A stretch of DNA of 64,000 bases from Candidatus Poribacteria bacterium. GTDB lineage: Bacteria; Poribacteria; WGA-4E; GCA-2687025. Position 1 is the first letter of the stretch. Every line of letters begins with the position of its first letter. The translations under genes were made by a program, and so were the position numbers. Below the pieces are notes generated by a model that ran no database searches, was not told the DNA's origin, and worked only from the letters and a program-made list of their open reading frames with translations. The stretch covers positions 72,572 to 136,571 of the forward strand of contig JAPPNK010000011.1 of the NCBI GenBank assembly GCA_028818695.1, given 5' to 3'. This document shows positions 28,762-39,323 of the stretch, one piece after another.

Positions 28762-29553
28762 TCAATCGGCGCGAAGGAACTCGCCAGGGATGCGGGAGCC
28801 TTGATACCGCGCGTCCGCAGGACGGTCGATGATCTCCTGCGGAATCGGCCGCGCCCAGTGCGCGGGCGCGCCCAGCGGACGGCTGTGCCAAGCTAGCACA
28901 AGCGTGCGCCGAACATCGGTCTGGTTGCGGTAGGTTGAATGGAGAAGCCGCGCGTCCGCAATCGTCAACGAACCCGCTTTCACCGCCACATCCATCTGAT
29001 CAGGATGGTCGGAGAACATGATCGGGTGATTCTCTTCCACAAAACGCGCCCCCTGCTCATGCGCCGGAACAAGCTGGTCATGGAGCGGTATGCGCCTTAA
29101 ATGCGTCCCCGGTATCACCTTCAAACAGCCGTTCTCAACGGAGGTGTCATGGAGATAGTACGACAAAAACGCGATCTGCGGCCACGGGGAAAGCGAATAC
29201 GGGTCGTTCCACTGCATCCAGTCCTGATGCCAGTACAACGCAGGCTCGCCTGGGTCTTTGGTGAGAAGAATCACGGAGCCGCCGCTTCTAAAGTCGCCGT
29301 AGCCGATCTCATCCAAAGCCCGGCGGGAGGCAGGCCATTCCAGCAGACGCTGAATCGCGTCGTTATTCTCTCCGCGTTCAACGACATGCTGCCCCTGGTA
29401 CTTGAAATCGATGGCGGGAACATGCCCGTCCATCATCCGCTCCGTCTCCTCCCGCAGCTCTTCGAGAAACTCGCCGCTCAAAATATCGTCAATCACGCAG
29501 AATCCGTCCCGCTCCAGCTGCGTCCGTTTTTCTAGAGCCTCTTCCCGTGTCAT
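28762..29553 (-). CDS. Phytanoyl-CoA dioxygenase (PhyH) family Fe(II)/2OG oxygenase
   Basis: WHQDW...H..D facial triad region and overall PhyH-like layout. Confidence 0.7.
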   Translation of the reverse strand: MTREEALEKRTQLERDGFCVIDDILSGEFLEELREETERMMDGHVPAIDFKYQGQHVVERGENNDAIQRLLEWPASRRALDEIGYGDFRSGGSVILLTKDPGEPALYWHQDWMQWNDPYSLSPWPQIAFLSYYLHDTSVENGCLKVIPGTHLRRIPLHDQLVPAHEQGARFVEENHPIMFSDHPDQMDVAVKAGSLTIADARLLHSTYRNQTDVRRTLVLAWHSRPLGAPAHWARPIPQEIIDRPADARYQGSRIPGEFLRAD

Positions 29554-29796
29554 CGCCCTCTCCTTTTAAGTACTGCTAAGTACTGCCCGTCCAGAAGTGT
29601 ATGCGAACCGCCCGTTTTGAACAAGCTTCCGCCGGCCGAGCGTCGTTCCCGCGTAAAGTGAAGCCCCGCCTTCTTTCATCTTTCAATCCTGACAATCTTG
29701 GTTCAGACAGAGCAGCCGGCGCCGCCTGTTGCCCTCCCTCCAAAAGTTGTCTATGATCATCCGCATGATCGGCATCAAGAAAAGGAGCGGCTTCGC

Positions 29797-30744
29797 ATGA
29801 ATGTCCTCATTACCGGCGGCTTCGGATGCATCGGCAGCTACGCCGCCCGCGATCTGCTGAACGCCGGCAATCAGGTCGTCATCTACGATATGGTCGAGGA
29901 TCGGTCTATACCGCGCATGACGATGCCGACTGAGCAGGCGGAGGCGCTCGTTTTTGAGCCTGGGGACATCACAGACCTGCCTGCCCTCCTGCGCGTCGTC
30001 AAGAGCCGTCGAATCGACCGCATCGTTCATCTCGCCTCATGGCAGGTGCCTGCCTGTCAAGCGAACCCGCCGAAAGCGCTGCGCGTCGTCTCCGAAGGCA
30101 CCATCAACGTCTTTGAAGCGGCGCGCCTCTTTGAGCTGCCGCGCGTCGTCTGGGCAAGCAGCGTCGCCGTCTTCGGCTCCCCCGACGACTACGGCGGAAA
30201 AGCTGTCAAAAACGACGATCCGCACTACCCCAAATTCATCTACGGCGCAAACAAGTCGCTCTGCGAACGGTACGCCGTCCATTATGTGAACGAATACGGC
30301 TGCGACATCATCGGTCTGCGCTTCACAAGCGTTTACGGCGTTGGACGCACGCGCGGCCTCAGCTCCTTCACAACAAAAATGATCGAGGCGGCGGCGTACG
30401 ATGAGCCGTACACAACGCCGTTCGGCGACGACATTGTCGACTGGCAGTATGTGGAGGATGTCTCGTCGGCGGTCTGCTTGGCGCTGACGGCTCCCGCGCC
30501 GAAAACGCGCAACTTCACCGTAAAGGGCGACTACCGCTCCGTCAAGGAGGGCGTGGAGCATCTGCGGTCGCTTGTGCCGTCGGCGCGGCTGGATGTGGAA
30601 CCGGGCATCTTCGGCATACAATGGGAGTACGACGCTTCCGCGCTGGAGCGGGAGCTCGGCTTCTCCCCGCAATACACCATGGAGCGCGGCATTGAACGCG
30701 CCTTAGAACGATTTAGAGAGCTCAAACCGCTCCTTCGGCCTTAA
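29797..30744 (+). CDS. NAD-dependent epimerase/dehydratase (extended SDR)
   Basis: Start at the ATG at 29797 behind AAAAGGAGCGG. TGGFGCIGS Rossmann motif and a YxxxK region. Confidence 0.8.
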   Translation: MNVLITGGFGCIGSYAARDLLNAGNQVVIYDMVEDRSIPRMTMPTEQAEALVFEPGDITDLPALLRVVKSRRIDRIVHLASWQVPACQANPPKALRVVSEGTINVFEAARLFELPRVVWASSVAVFGSPDDYGGKAVKNDDPHYPKFIYGANKSLCERYAVHYVNEYGCDIIGLRFTSVYGVGRTRGLSSFTTKMIEAAAYDEPYTTPFGDDIVDWQYVEDVSSAVCLALTAPAPKTRNFTVKGDYRSVKEGVEHLRSLVPSARLDVEPGIFGIQWEYDASALERELGFSPQYTMERGIERALERFRELKPLLRP

Positions 30745-30770
30745 CCGAAAACCCAACAGAAAGCGGCGTC

Positions 30771-32318
30771 ATGGCGCAAAATCCAAACTTCCTTTTCATT
30801 TTCAGCGACGAGCACAGCTTCCGTTTCATGGGGCATCGATCAGAGGAGGATGGCGGAGAGAAGGTTGACACCCCCAACTTCGACCGCCTCGCCGGTCAAG
30901 GGACGGTCTTCACGGACGCCTACTGCCAGATGCCGCTCTGCACCCCCTCCCGTTTGAGCATGCTGACAGGGCGCGAAGTCCGCGGCGCCGGCGCATGGGG
31001 CAACGGGAGCGTCATGAAGCCCGACGCTCCGACGATGGCGGGCGTTCTCGGCGGCGCGGGCTACGAAACATGCCTCCTCGGCAAGATGCATCTGGGCGGG
31101 AGTCGGCAGTTTGTCGGCTTCAATCACCGCCCGTACGGCGATCTGACCGGCAGAACAGGGCATCAGCGCGACCCGATCCAAGGCGGAGGCGGGGGCATGC
31201 GCTCGCGCACAACTTATTCGGTCGGCGTGACGGAAATACCCGAAAGTCTGTTTCAAGAGCAGGTTTCCGCGCAAGAATCGATCGCGTTTCTGCGCGAACA
31301 TGAAGCGGCGAACCCAGACCAGCCCTGGTTTCTCATGGCAAGTTTAAGCCGCCCGCATTTTCCGTTGACGGCGCCGCGCCGATGGGTTGAACGTTACCCG
31401 CCCGACGCAATCTCCGAGCCGAAGGTCGGGCGGACGGGCGACGCATACGACCATCCGATGAGCGTCGGCATGCGCAAAGGTTTCCAAGCCGACGCGATTG
31501 AACATGACGAGATGATGCGCGCAAGAGGCTCTTACTTCGCCTGCGTCAGCTATCTGGACGAACTGCTGGGCGACATGTTCATACGCCTCGAAGCGACGGG
31601 TCAACTCGACAATACGATCATCATTTATACGACCGACCACGGCGAGATGGCGGGCGAACATGGCGTCTGGTGGAAAAACAGCTGGCATGAAGCAAGCGCG
31701 CGCGTTCCGCTCATCATCTCTACGCCGATGCAGCGCCGAGGCGAACAGCCGGCGCAGGAGGTGAGAGCTCCCGTCGCGCTGGTGGATCTGTTCCCGACGA
31801 TGTGCGGACTCGCGGGGGTCTCGGCGCCTGAGGGGCTGGACGGAGTCGACCTGTCCGACGTTGTGAGCGGCAACGGCAGCGCGCCTGACCGCCCCGTTTT
31901 CACGGACGCGCTGGCGGGGCGATGGGGACCTGGCACGGAGTTTCGCATGGTGAGGCAGGGGAAATGGAAATATGTGCGTTTCAGAAACGCGCCGGCGCTC
32001 TTCTTTAACCTAGAAAACGACCCGCATGAGCAGCGCAACCTGGTAACGCGCGGCTGCGAAGGCGAGGACGCCGAGGCGCTGCGCCGACTCAAGCGGACAG
32101 CCGAGGAGACGATGGACTTTGACGCCGCGGCGGAAGAACGCAGGCGCGATCAACAGCTGAAGCGTCGGTTCCCGCTCAAAGCGCCCAACAGTCAAGGCAA
32201 CCTGTACACGCTGCCGACCGGCAAGATTGTGAACGCTGATGACGCGCTTTACAATCCGACCGTCATCGTTGAAGACGCCGTCGAAGCGTTCAGCGACCAT
32301 CCCGCGCGAGACGATTGA
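30771..32318 (+). CDS. Cys-type sulfatase (choline-sulfatase-like, no signal peptide)
   Basis: CTPSR formylglycine motif. N-terminus starts directly with the catalytic domain (NFLFIFSDEH); there is no signal peptide. Confidence 0.85.
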   Translation: MAQNPNFLFIFSDEHSFRFMGHRSEEDGGEKVDTPNFDRLAGQGTVFTDAYCQMPLCTPSRLSMLTGREVRGAGAWGNGSVMKPDAPTMAGVLGGAGYETCLLGKMHLGGSRQFVGFNHRPYGDLTGRTGHQRDPIQGGGGGMRSRTTYSVGVTEIPESLFQEQVSAQESIAFLREHEAANPDQPWFLMASLSRPHFPLTAPRRWVERYPPDAISEPKVGRTGDAYDHPMSVGMRKGFQADAIEHDEMMRARGSYFACVSYLDELLGDMFIRLEATGQLDNTIIIYTTDHGEMAGEHGVWWKNSWHEASARVPLIISTPMQRRGEQPAQEVRAPVALVDLFPTMCGLAGVSAPEGLDGVDLSDVVSGNGSAPDRPVFTDALAGRWGPGTEFRMVRQGKWKYVRFRNAPALFFNLENDPHEQRNLVTRGCEGEDAEALRRLKRTAEETMDFDAAAEERRRDQQLKRRFPLKAPNSQGNLYTLPTGKIVNADDALYNPTVIVEDAVEAFSDHPARDD

Positions 32319-32325
32319 GAAGCGT

Positions 32326-33867
32326 ATGCGTTCACAGCCGAACATCCTGTTCATTTTGAGCGACGAGCATAACTTTCGGTTCATGGGGCATGTGAGCAAG
32401 GCGAACGGCGGCGAAAATGTGGAAACGCCCGCCCTAGACCGCCTCGCCGCCCAGGGAACGGTTTATACGGACGCTTACTGTCAGATGCCCCTTTGCACTC
32501 CTTCCCGTTTGAGCATGCTGACAGGGCTGGAGGCGCGCGCGGCGGGCGCTTGGTCAAACCGAAGCGTCATGAAGCCTGGGCTGCCGACGCTGCCGGGCGT
32601 CTTTGCGGAGGCAGGGTACGAAACATGCCTTGTCGGGAAGATGCATCTGGGCGGCAACCGCCAATTTGTCGGCTTTCGACACCGCCCCTACGGCGATTTG
32701 ACAGGCCGCTCCATAGCGCAGCGCGATCCGCTGGACGGGCAGGAAGGTCTCCGCGGTCGGACAACCAGCTCTGTTGGCGTCACGCAGGTTCCAGAAAGCT
32801 TGATTCAAGACCAGGCGATCGCCCAGGAGACGGTCGCCTTTGCCCGCGAGCATGAAGCAGCGAACCCAGACCAGCCATGGTTCCTCATGGCGAGCGTCAT
32901 TCGCCCCCATTTTCCTTTGACGGCGCCGCGCCGATGGATTGAGCGTTACCGCCCTGACGCAATTTCCGAGCCGAAGGTCGGGCGGACGGGCGACGCCTAC
33001 GACCACCCGATGAGCGCCGCCATGCGCAAGGGCTTCCGCGCGGACGAGATCGAATATGACGAGATGATGCGGGCGCGCGCCGCCTATTTTGCCTCCGTCA
33101 GCTATCTGGACGAGATACTGTCCGATCTGCTCCTGCGGCTCGAGTTCACCGGCCAGCTGGAGAACACAATCATCGTGTACACCAGCGACCATGGGGAAAT
33201 GGCGGGCGAGCATGGGCTTTGGTGGAAAAACTGCTGGCATGAGGCGAGCGCACGCGTTCCGCTTATCGTCTCTACGCCGGCGCAGCGCCGAGGCGAACAG
33301 CCGGCGCGCGAAGAGAGTATGCCTGTCGGATTGATGGATATTTTCCCGACGCTATGCGCCCTTGCGGGAATCTCGGCGCCGAGCGGGCTGGACGGGACCG
33401 ATTTGACGCAAGGCGCGCCCGACCGCCCGATCTTCACAGACGCGCTCGGAGGGCGATGGGGGAGCGGCAACCGCTTCCGCGCAATCAGGCAGGGGCGGTG
33501 GAAATATGTGCGCTTCCAGAACGCGCCGCCGCTTTTCTTTAACCTAGAAAACGACCCGATGGAGCAGCGCAACCTGATAACGCGCGGCTGCGAAGGCGAG
33601 GACGCGGACGCCCTGCGCCGACTCAAGCGGACGGCAGAGGAGACGATGGACTTTGACGCCGCGGCAGAAGACCGCAAGCGCGATCAGAAGCTCGCCGAAA
33701 CCTATGCGCTGAAAGCGCGCCCTAGCCAGAAAAACCTGTATCTGATGCCGTCCGGAAGAGTGGTGAACGCAAACGACGCGCTCTATAAGCCGACCGTCAT
33801 TGCGGAGAACGGCGCCGCGATATTCAGCGACCATCCCGCGCTTGAGAGCGAATCTGAAAAGAGTTGA
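32326..33867 (+). CDS. Cys-type sulfatase, tandem paralog
   Basis: Start at the ATG at 32326 (MRSQPNILFILSDEH). CTPSR motif. About 70% identical to the upstream gene. Confidence 0.85.
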   Translation: MRSQPNILFILSDEHNFRFMGHVSKANGGENVETPALDRLAAQGTVYTDAYCQMPLCTPSRLSMLTGLEARAAGAWSNRSVMKPGLPTLPGVFAEAGYETCLVGKMHLGGNRQFVGFRHRPYGDLTGRSIAQRDPLDGQEGLRGRTTSSVGVTQVPESLIQDQAIAQETVAFAREHEAANPDQPWFLMASVIRPHFPLTAPRRWIERYRPDAISEPKVGRTGDAYDHPMSAAMRKGFRADEIEYDEMMRARAAYFASVSYLDEILSDLLLRLEFTGQLENTIIVYTSDHGEMAGEHGLWWKNCWHEASARVPLIVSTPAQRRGEQPAREESMPVGLMDIFPTLCALAGISAPSGLDGTDLTQGAPDRPIFTDALGGRWGSGNRFRAIRQGRWKYVRFQNAPPLFFNLENDPMEQRNLITRGCEGEDADALRRLKRTAEETMDFDAAAEDRKRDQKLAETYALKARPSQKNLYLMPSGRVVNANDALYKPTVIAENGAAIFSDHPALESESEKS

Positions 33868-33925
33868 CAAGAATTAAAATGACGAACGCGACGCCGAACC
33901 CAAACCAAACATCGAAGGAGGGCTG

Positions 33926-34618
33926 ATGCCCAAGCACGCAGTATTTCTCATTGGCGAAAACGAATACAAGTCGGAACGCACCATGCCGCCGATTGCGCAT
34001 GAGTTGATTCAGAAACGCGGAATGAGCGTCTCCGTCTTGACAGCGAAGCAGGGCTTGAAAAGCCTCCCCGGTATGGGCGCCTTGGACGACGCCGACCTGC
34101 TCGTAGCCTATCTACGCTTCACACAGCTCCCTGGCGAACAGCTGGAGAAGCTGCGCGCCTATCTCGATTCATGCCGTCCCATCGTCGGGCTTCGCACGTC
34201 GACCCATGCGTTCCGATACCCCGGCGATTCGGAACATGTTGAATGGAACAATTTCGGCGCGGAAGCGTTCGGCACAAACTGGAAGTTCCACTACGGCGGC
34301 GGCTCCAACTCCATCGTGTACCCTGTTCCGGGCGCGGAGAACGACCCGCTTCTGAAAGATGTCGGTCTGCCGCTGCGCGTCCGCTCTTGGCTCTATTATG
34401 TCCATCCGCTGCCGGATTCGTGCAAGCCTGTTCTGCTCGGCTCTTCGGTCGGCCCGTCGGGGCGGGAGGAACGGGAAGTCAACCCTGTTGCATGGACAAA
34501 GACGGACGCCGACCGGCGCGTCTTTTATACCTCGCTTGGACATCCGGAGGAGTTTGAGCTGCCGAGCTTCCGACAGCTGCTCTTCAACGGAATCGACTGG
34601 GCTTTAAACGGCGGATAA
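33926..34618 (+). CDS. ThuA-like (class I glutamine amidotransferase-like fold) protein
   Basis: ThuA family layout. Conserved C-terminal FYTSLGH motif. Confidence 0.7.
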   Translation: MPKHAVFLIGENEYKSERTMPPIAHELIQKRGMSVSVLTAKQGLKSLPGMGALDDADLLVAYLRFTQLPGEQLEKLRAYLDSCRPIVGLRTSTHAFRYPGDSEHVEWNNFGAEAFGTNWKFHYGGGSNSIVYPVPGAENDPLLKDVGLPLRVRSWLYYVHPLPDSCKPVLLGSSVGPSGREEREVNPVAWTKTDADRRVFYTSLGHPEEFELPSFRQLLFNGIDWALNGG

Positions 34619-34624
34619 AACCGC

Positions 34625-36220
34625 CTATTTGTCAAACGCGGCTGACAACAGCTCATGGGTGTACGGGTTCTGCGGATTCTCAAACAGCTCCGCGGCGGGA
34701 CCCGACTCAACCACCTTGCCCTGCCGCATGACGATCACCTCGTCCGCGACGGCGCGAATCACCTTTAGGTCGTGGCTGATGAACAGATAGGCAAGCCCAT
34801 GATCGCGCTGCAGCCGCAGGAGCAGGTTGAGCGTCTGCGCCTGAACGCTCGCGTCCAGCGACGAGGTCGGCTCGTCCAGGACGACAAACCGCGGCTTGAT
34901 CGCCATCGCGCGCGCGACCGAGATGCGCTGCCGCTGCCCGCCTGAAAACTCATGCGGATACCGCCGGCGCGTCTCAGGATCAAGCCCGACCTCCTCAAGC
35001 GTCTCCATGACGATGCGCTCCCGCTCCTCCGCCGTTTCGCCGATGCGATGCACTTTCAAACCTTCTTCGATGATCTGCGCAACCGACATGCGCGGACTGA
35101 GCGAGCCGTATGGATCCTGGAATATGATCTGCATATGCCGGCGCAGAGGGCGCATATGTTTTGAACGCAGCCCCTGTATCGGTCTGCCGCCAAAATAGAC
35201 GTTCCCTTCGGATGAGATCAGGCGCAAAAGCGCGAGACCGAGCGTCGTCTTGCCTGACCCAGACTCGCCCACAACGCCGACGGTGCGCCCCTCTCGCGCG
35301 GCGACGTCGATCCCGTCCACCGCTTTCACATAGTCGGTCGAACGGCGCAAAACGCCTCTGCGAATCGGATACCAGACGCGCAGATTCTCAGCGCGAACGA
35401 CGATCTTCTCGGTCGGCTCCCGCGTTTCTAACGGCTCCGGCTCCGACTGCAGAAGCCGTTGCGTGTACGCATGCCGCGGGTCCTTGAAGATCCGCTCCGT
35501 TTCCCCCTTTTCAACAATCTCTCCCTCTTTCATGACGCAAACGCGGTCCGCCATTTTTCGCACGATGCCGAGGTCATGGGTGATGAACAGCATCGCCATG
35601 CCGAGCTGCGACTGCAGCTCCTTTAAAAGAGCGAGTATCTGCGCCTGAACGGTGACGTCCAGCGCGGTCGTCGGCTCATCCGCGATGAGAAGGTCCGGCT
35701 CATTCGCCAACGCCATGGCGATCATGACCCTCTGCCGCTGCCCTCCGGACAGCTCATGCGGGAACGCGGTCAGCCGCTTCTCCGCTTCGCCGATGCCGAC
35801 CATATGGAGCAGCTCAACGCATCTCTTCCGCGCCTTTTGGCGGGACATGAGTTGATGGACCATCAAAATTTCGCTGACCTGTTTCTCGATGGAATGGAGC
35901 GGATTAAGCGACGTCATCGGCTCTTGGAAAATCATGGAGACGCGGTTCCCGCGCACGCTGCGCAGCTTCGGCAGCGGCGCGCCCATCAGCTCCTCGCCGT
36001 TCAGCTGGACGCTGCCGGACGGGTGGCTCGCCGGCGGGTAGGGCAGCAGCTGGAGAACGCTCAGCGCCGAGGCGGACTTGCCGGAACCCGACTCGCCGAC
36101 GAGAGCAAGCGTTTCTCCGCGCTCCACCTGAAACGAGACGCCTTTCACCGCCTCCACCGTCTCATGTTCCACATGGAAATGAACGGCTAGGTTTTCGATC
36201 CTCAAAAGCGGTTCGTTCAT
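34625..36220 (-). CDS. ABC transporter ATP-binding protein with duplicated ATPase domains (YejF/oligopeptide type)
   Basis: Two Walker A sites (GESGSGKS, GESGSGKT), two LSGGQRQR signatures and two Walker B sites. Confidence 0.9.
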   Translation of the reverse strand: MNEPLLRIENLAVHFHVEHETVEAVKGVSFQVERGETLALVGESGSGKSASALSVLQLLPYPPASHPSGSVQLNGEELMGAPLPKLRSVRGNRVSMIFQEPMTSLNPLHSIEKQVSEILMVHQLMSRQKARKRCVELLHMVGIGEAEKRLTAFPHELSGGQRQRVMIAMALANEPDLLIADEPTTALDVTVQAQILALLKELQSQLGMAMLFITHDLGIVRKMADRVCVMKEGEIVEKGETERIFKDPRHAYTQRLLQSEPEPLETREPTEKIVVRAENLRVWYPIRRGVLRRSTDYVKAVDGIDVAAREGRTVGVVGESGSGKTTLGLALLRLISSEGNVYFGGRPIQGLRSKHMRPLRRHMQIIFQDPYGSLSPRMSVAQIIEEGLKVHRIGETAEERERIVMETLEEVGLDPETRRRYPHEFSGGQRQRISVARAMAIKPRFVVLDEPTSSLDASVQAQTLNLLLRLQRDHGLAYLFISHDLKVIRAVADEVIVMRQGKVVESGPAAELFENPQNPYTHELLSAAFDK

Positions 36221-37365
36221 GAATCGTCCGCCTTATGAGCGTCTGGGGCGTCGTTTTCTTTTGGCGGAGGAGGCGCGGCGGAAGCCTTGCGCGGATCGAG
36301 AGCGTCGCGCGCCGCCTCGCCGACAAAGATGAGCAGCGTCAACGTCACAGCGAGCGCGGCAAAGCTGGTAAGTCCGAGCCATGGCGCTTGCAGGTTGCTT
36401 CGCCCTTGATTCACCATCTCGCCGAGAGAGGGGGAGCCGGGCGGCAGCCCAAAGCCGAGAAAATCCAGAGAGGTCAACAGCGTGATGGCGCCGCTCACAT
36501 GGAACGGCAGGAAGGTGATCGTCGCGACAAGCGCGTTCGGAAGGGTGTGCTTGAACATGATGGCGATGTTTCCGACGCCGAGGGCGCGCGCGGCAAGTAT
36601 GTAATCGAAGTTGCGGGCGCGCAGCGTCTCCGCGCGCACAACGCCGACATAACCCATCCATGTGAACAGCAGCAGAATTCCCAACAACCACCAAAAATTC
36701 GGCTGAACGACGCTGGCAAGAATGATGAGCAGATAGAGCGTCGGCATGGAGGACCAGATCTCCATAACCCGCTGAAAGCCGAGGTCGAACCATCCGCCGA
36801 AATACCCTTGCGCAAGGCCGGCGCTCACTCCGATCGTCATCGACGCCGCGGAGAGCGCCAGCCCAAACAGCACAGAGATGCGAAAGCCGTAGATGAGCCG
36901 GGCGGCGACGTCGCGGCTCTGATCGTCCGTTCCGAGCCAGTTCTCCTTTGAAGGCTTGGCGGGAGCCGGACGCCCATGCGCAATCGTGTTATACGAATAC
37001 GGTATCGGCGGCCAGACCATCCACCCCTTCGCCTCAATCAGCTCCTGCACATACGGGTCTCGATAGTCCGCTTCGGTCGGGAAATCGCCGCCAAAACGCG
37101 TCTCGTTGTAGGTTTTAAAAATGGGAAAAAGCAGCTCCTCCTCAAACGACATGATCAGCGGTTTGTCGTTCGCGATGAATTCGGCGAACAGGCTGACAAA
37201 GAACAGGACGCTGAAGATCCATGAGGAGGCATACCCGCGCCGGTTCGCTTTGAAGTTGGCGAGACGGCGCCTCCCCTGCGGCCCGAGTTTGAAGCGCCGC
37301 AGCCGCGTCCGTTCCATCAGCCCCATGTCAAACTTCCCGCGTTTCAAAGTCGATGCGCGGATCAA
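36217..37365 (-). CDS. ABC transporter permease (DppC/YejE-like)
   Basis: Multi-TM protein with the EAA-loop region [10 protein letters not shown]. The start is ambiguous: 37365, or the ATG at 37326 one nt after the upstream stop. Confidence 0.8.
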   Translation of the reverse strand: MIRASTLKRGKFDMGLMERTRLRRFKLGPQGRRRLANFKANRRGYASSWIFSVLFFVSLFAEFIANDKPLIMSFEEELLFPIFKTYNETRFGGDFPTEADYRDPYVQELIEAKGWMVWPPIPYSYNTIAHGRPAPAKPSKENWLGTDDQSRDVAARLIYGFRISVLFGLALSAASMTIGVSAGLAQGYFGGWFDLGFQRVMEIWSSMPTLYLLIILASVVQPNFWWLLGILLLFTWMGYVGVVRAETLRARNFDYILAARALGVGNIAIMFKHTLPNALVATITFLPFHVSGAITLLTSLDFLGFGLPPGSPSLGEMVNQGRSNLQAPWLGLTSFAALAVTLTLLIFVGEAARDALDPRKASAAPPPPKENDAPDAHKADDS

Positions 37366-38437
37366 CGAAGGCGTAGGTCAGGTCGCTCACGAGCGTCGTC
37401 AGCAAGCCCAGCAGGGAGAAAAAGTAGAGCGTCGCAAAGATGATCGGATAGTCGCGGTCAATGGCAGCCTCGTATCCGAGCAGGCCGAGTCCGTTCAGCG
37501 AAAAGATCACCTCGATGAGCAGCGAACTGGTGAAGAAGACGCTAATGAAGGCGCCGGGGAAGCCGGCAATCACAATCAGCATCGCGTTTCTAAAAATATG
37601 CCCGTAGAGTACGCGCCTTTCGGTCAGCCCCTTTGCGCGGGCGGTGACGACGTATTGGAGCCGTATCTGGTCAATGAAGGAATTTTTGGTGAGAAGCGTC
37701 AGCGTGGCGAACCCGCCAATCACCATCGCTGAAACAGGCAGGGCGAGATGCCACAGATAGTCCGCGATTTTCATCAAAAATCCCATCTCGTCCCAGTTGC
37801 CCGACACAAGACCTTGAAGCGGAAACAACGAAAAGTACCGCCCCCCGGCAAAGAAAACAATCAGCAGCAGCGCAAAAAGAAAGCCCGGGACGGCGTATCC
37901 AACCGTAACGAAGCCGCTGGTGACAAGGTCGAACCGAGAGCCGTCCCGCGCCGCTTTGACGATGCCGAGAGGTATCGAGACGAGATAAATGATGAGCGTC
38001 GTCCAAAGCCCCAACGAGATGGAAACGGGCAGCCTTTCGATGACAAGGTCGACCACCTTTCGCCCGACGAAAAAACTATCCCCAAAGTCGAACATAAAAT
38101 AGTTCTTCACCATCAGAAAAAATCGGACATGGACAGGCTTGTCCATCCCGTACATCCGCTCAATCTCTTTGATGAGATCGGGGTCAAGTCCGCGCGCGCC
38201 TCTATACTTTGAGGCGGGGTCTCCGCCGGTTGCTTGAGTCTGCCGCTGTTGTTGAGAAGTGTCAGCCCCAGCGCTCGTGAAACGGCTTGTGGCGCCCACC
38301 TCATTGCCGGCAATCTCCGCGACAATCCGCTCAACAGGCCCGCCCGGCGCCGCCTGCACCACCAGAAAATTGATGAGTATGATGCCAAACAAGGTTGGCA
38401 CAATCAGGAGAAGTCGGCGGACAATGTAGGCGCCCAT
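37328..38437 (-). CDS. ABC transporter permease (DppB/YejB-like)
   Basis: Typical N-terminal IVRRLLL.VPTLFGI and 6-TM layout. Confidence 0.85.
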   Translation of the reverse strand: MGAYIVRRLLLIVPTLFGIILINFLVVQAAPGGPVERIVAEIAGNEVGATSRFTSAGADTSQQQRQTQATGGDPASKYRGARGLDPDLIKEIERMYGMDKPVHVRFFLMVKNYFMFDFGDSFFVGRKVVDLVIERLPVSISLGLWTTLIIYLVSIPLGIVKAARDGSRFDLVTSGFVTVGYAVPGFLFALLLIVFFAGGRYFSLFPLQGLVSGNWDEMGFLMKIADYLWHLALPVSAMVIGGFATLTLLTKNSFIDQIRLQYVVTARAKGLTERRVLYGHIFRNAMLIVIAGFPGAFISVFFTSSLLIEVIFSLNGLGLLGYEAAIDRDYPIIFATLYFFSLLGLLTTLVSDLTYAFVDPRIDFETREV

Positions 38438-38492
38438 CCGCTTTACGCCTCTCTTAATAAAAGCAGGAAGACGATGCGCCGACCCTTCCCGT

Positions 38493-39323
38493 TCATAACC
38501 TGAAAAACCGGCCGGCGAGCTCTTTCAGCTGCGCGGAGACGCTGGCGAGACGGTTCTTGGCGGCGGCGATCTTCGCTTCCAGCTCGCGCCGCAGATCTGC
38601 CAGCATGTCTTCGCCGCGCTCCTTCGCTTCCTCGACCGACTCTTTTAAGCGGTAAGCGTCGCGCGTTTTGAACCGATCGATTTCACGCTGAAGCTGACGC
38701 GCGGCGCGGTCCAATTTGAGATACTCTCTATATAGCCGCCGCTCCTGCTGATTCGGCGCTTCCTCTTCAGGCGCGCTGTCCGTTTCTTCAAGCGTCGCCG
38801 CCAGCTGCTCCAAACGCGACAGGTCGCCCGATTCATACGCTGTGTTGATGAGAGCCATCACCCGCTTCATCTCTTCTTTCGACTCGCCGCTGTCCGCCTT
38901 GTCCGGATGGTAACGCTTCGCCAGCTTCAGATAAAACGCGCGCAGCCTGCCGGACGGCTTCGGCGCGGACGGCTTCTCAGGCGCGGGCTTCGACTCGCCG
39001 CTATCCTCCACCTTCCGACGCTCCACCCGAAACGCGCGCTTGACCCGCTTCTCAAGCGAACGTTCATCATGAACGTCGCCCCGCTCAATCAGGCGCGCCT
39101 TGTAAAGCAGCTCCTTGATCTCCAGCTGAACCCGATCCAGCTCCCCGTAGAGCCGCCCAACCTTCGCGCTGTACTCATGCTCAAACGCGGACAGCTCCTC
39201 CTCAAGACGCTGCCGCTCTAGGCTCAACCGCAGCGTCTCCTGCCGCCGGGCGGCGATCTTCTCGCGGTAGTCGGCGATGCGGCGCTGCTGGTCGGAGATG
39301 CGCCGGGCAATCTGCGCGCTCAT
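38493..39323 (-). CDS. J-domain (DnaJ-like) coiled-coil protein
   Basis: Central J domain with HPD motif ([11 protein letters not shown]), flanked by long predicted coiled coils. Overlaps the SPFH gene stop by 4 nt. Confidence 0.7.
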   Translation of the reverse strand: MSAQIARRISDQQRRIADYREKIAARRQETLRLSLERQRLEEELSAFEHEYSAKVGRLYGELDRVQLEIKELLYKARLIERGDVHDERSLEKRVKRAFRVERRKVEDSGESKPAPEKPSAPKPSGRLRAFYLKLAKRYHPDKADSGESKEEMKRVMALINTAYESGDLSRLEQLAATLEETDSAPEEEAPNQQERRLYREYLKLDRAARQLQREIDRFKTRDAYRLKESVEEAKERGEDMLADLRRELEAKIAAAKNRLASVSAQLKELAGRFFRL

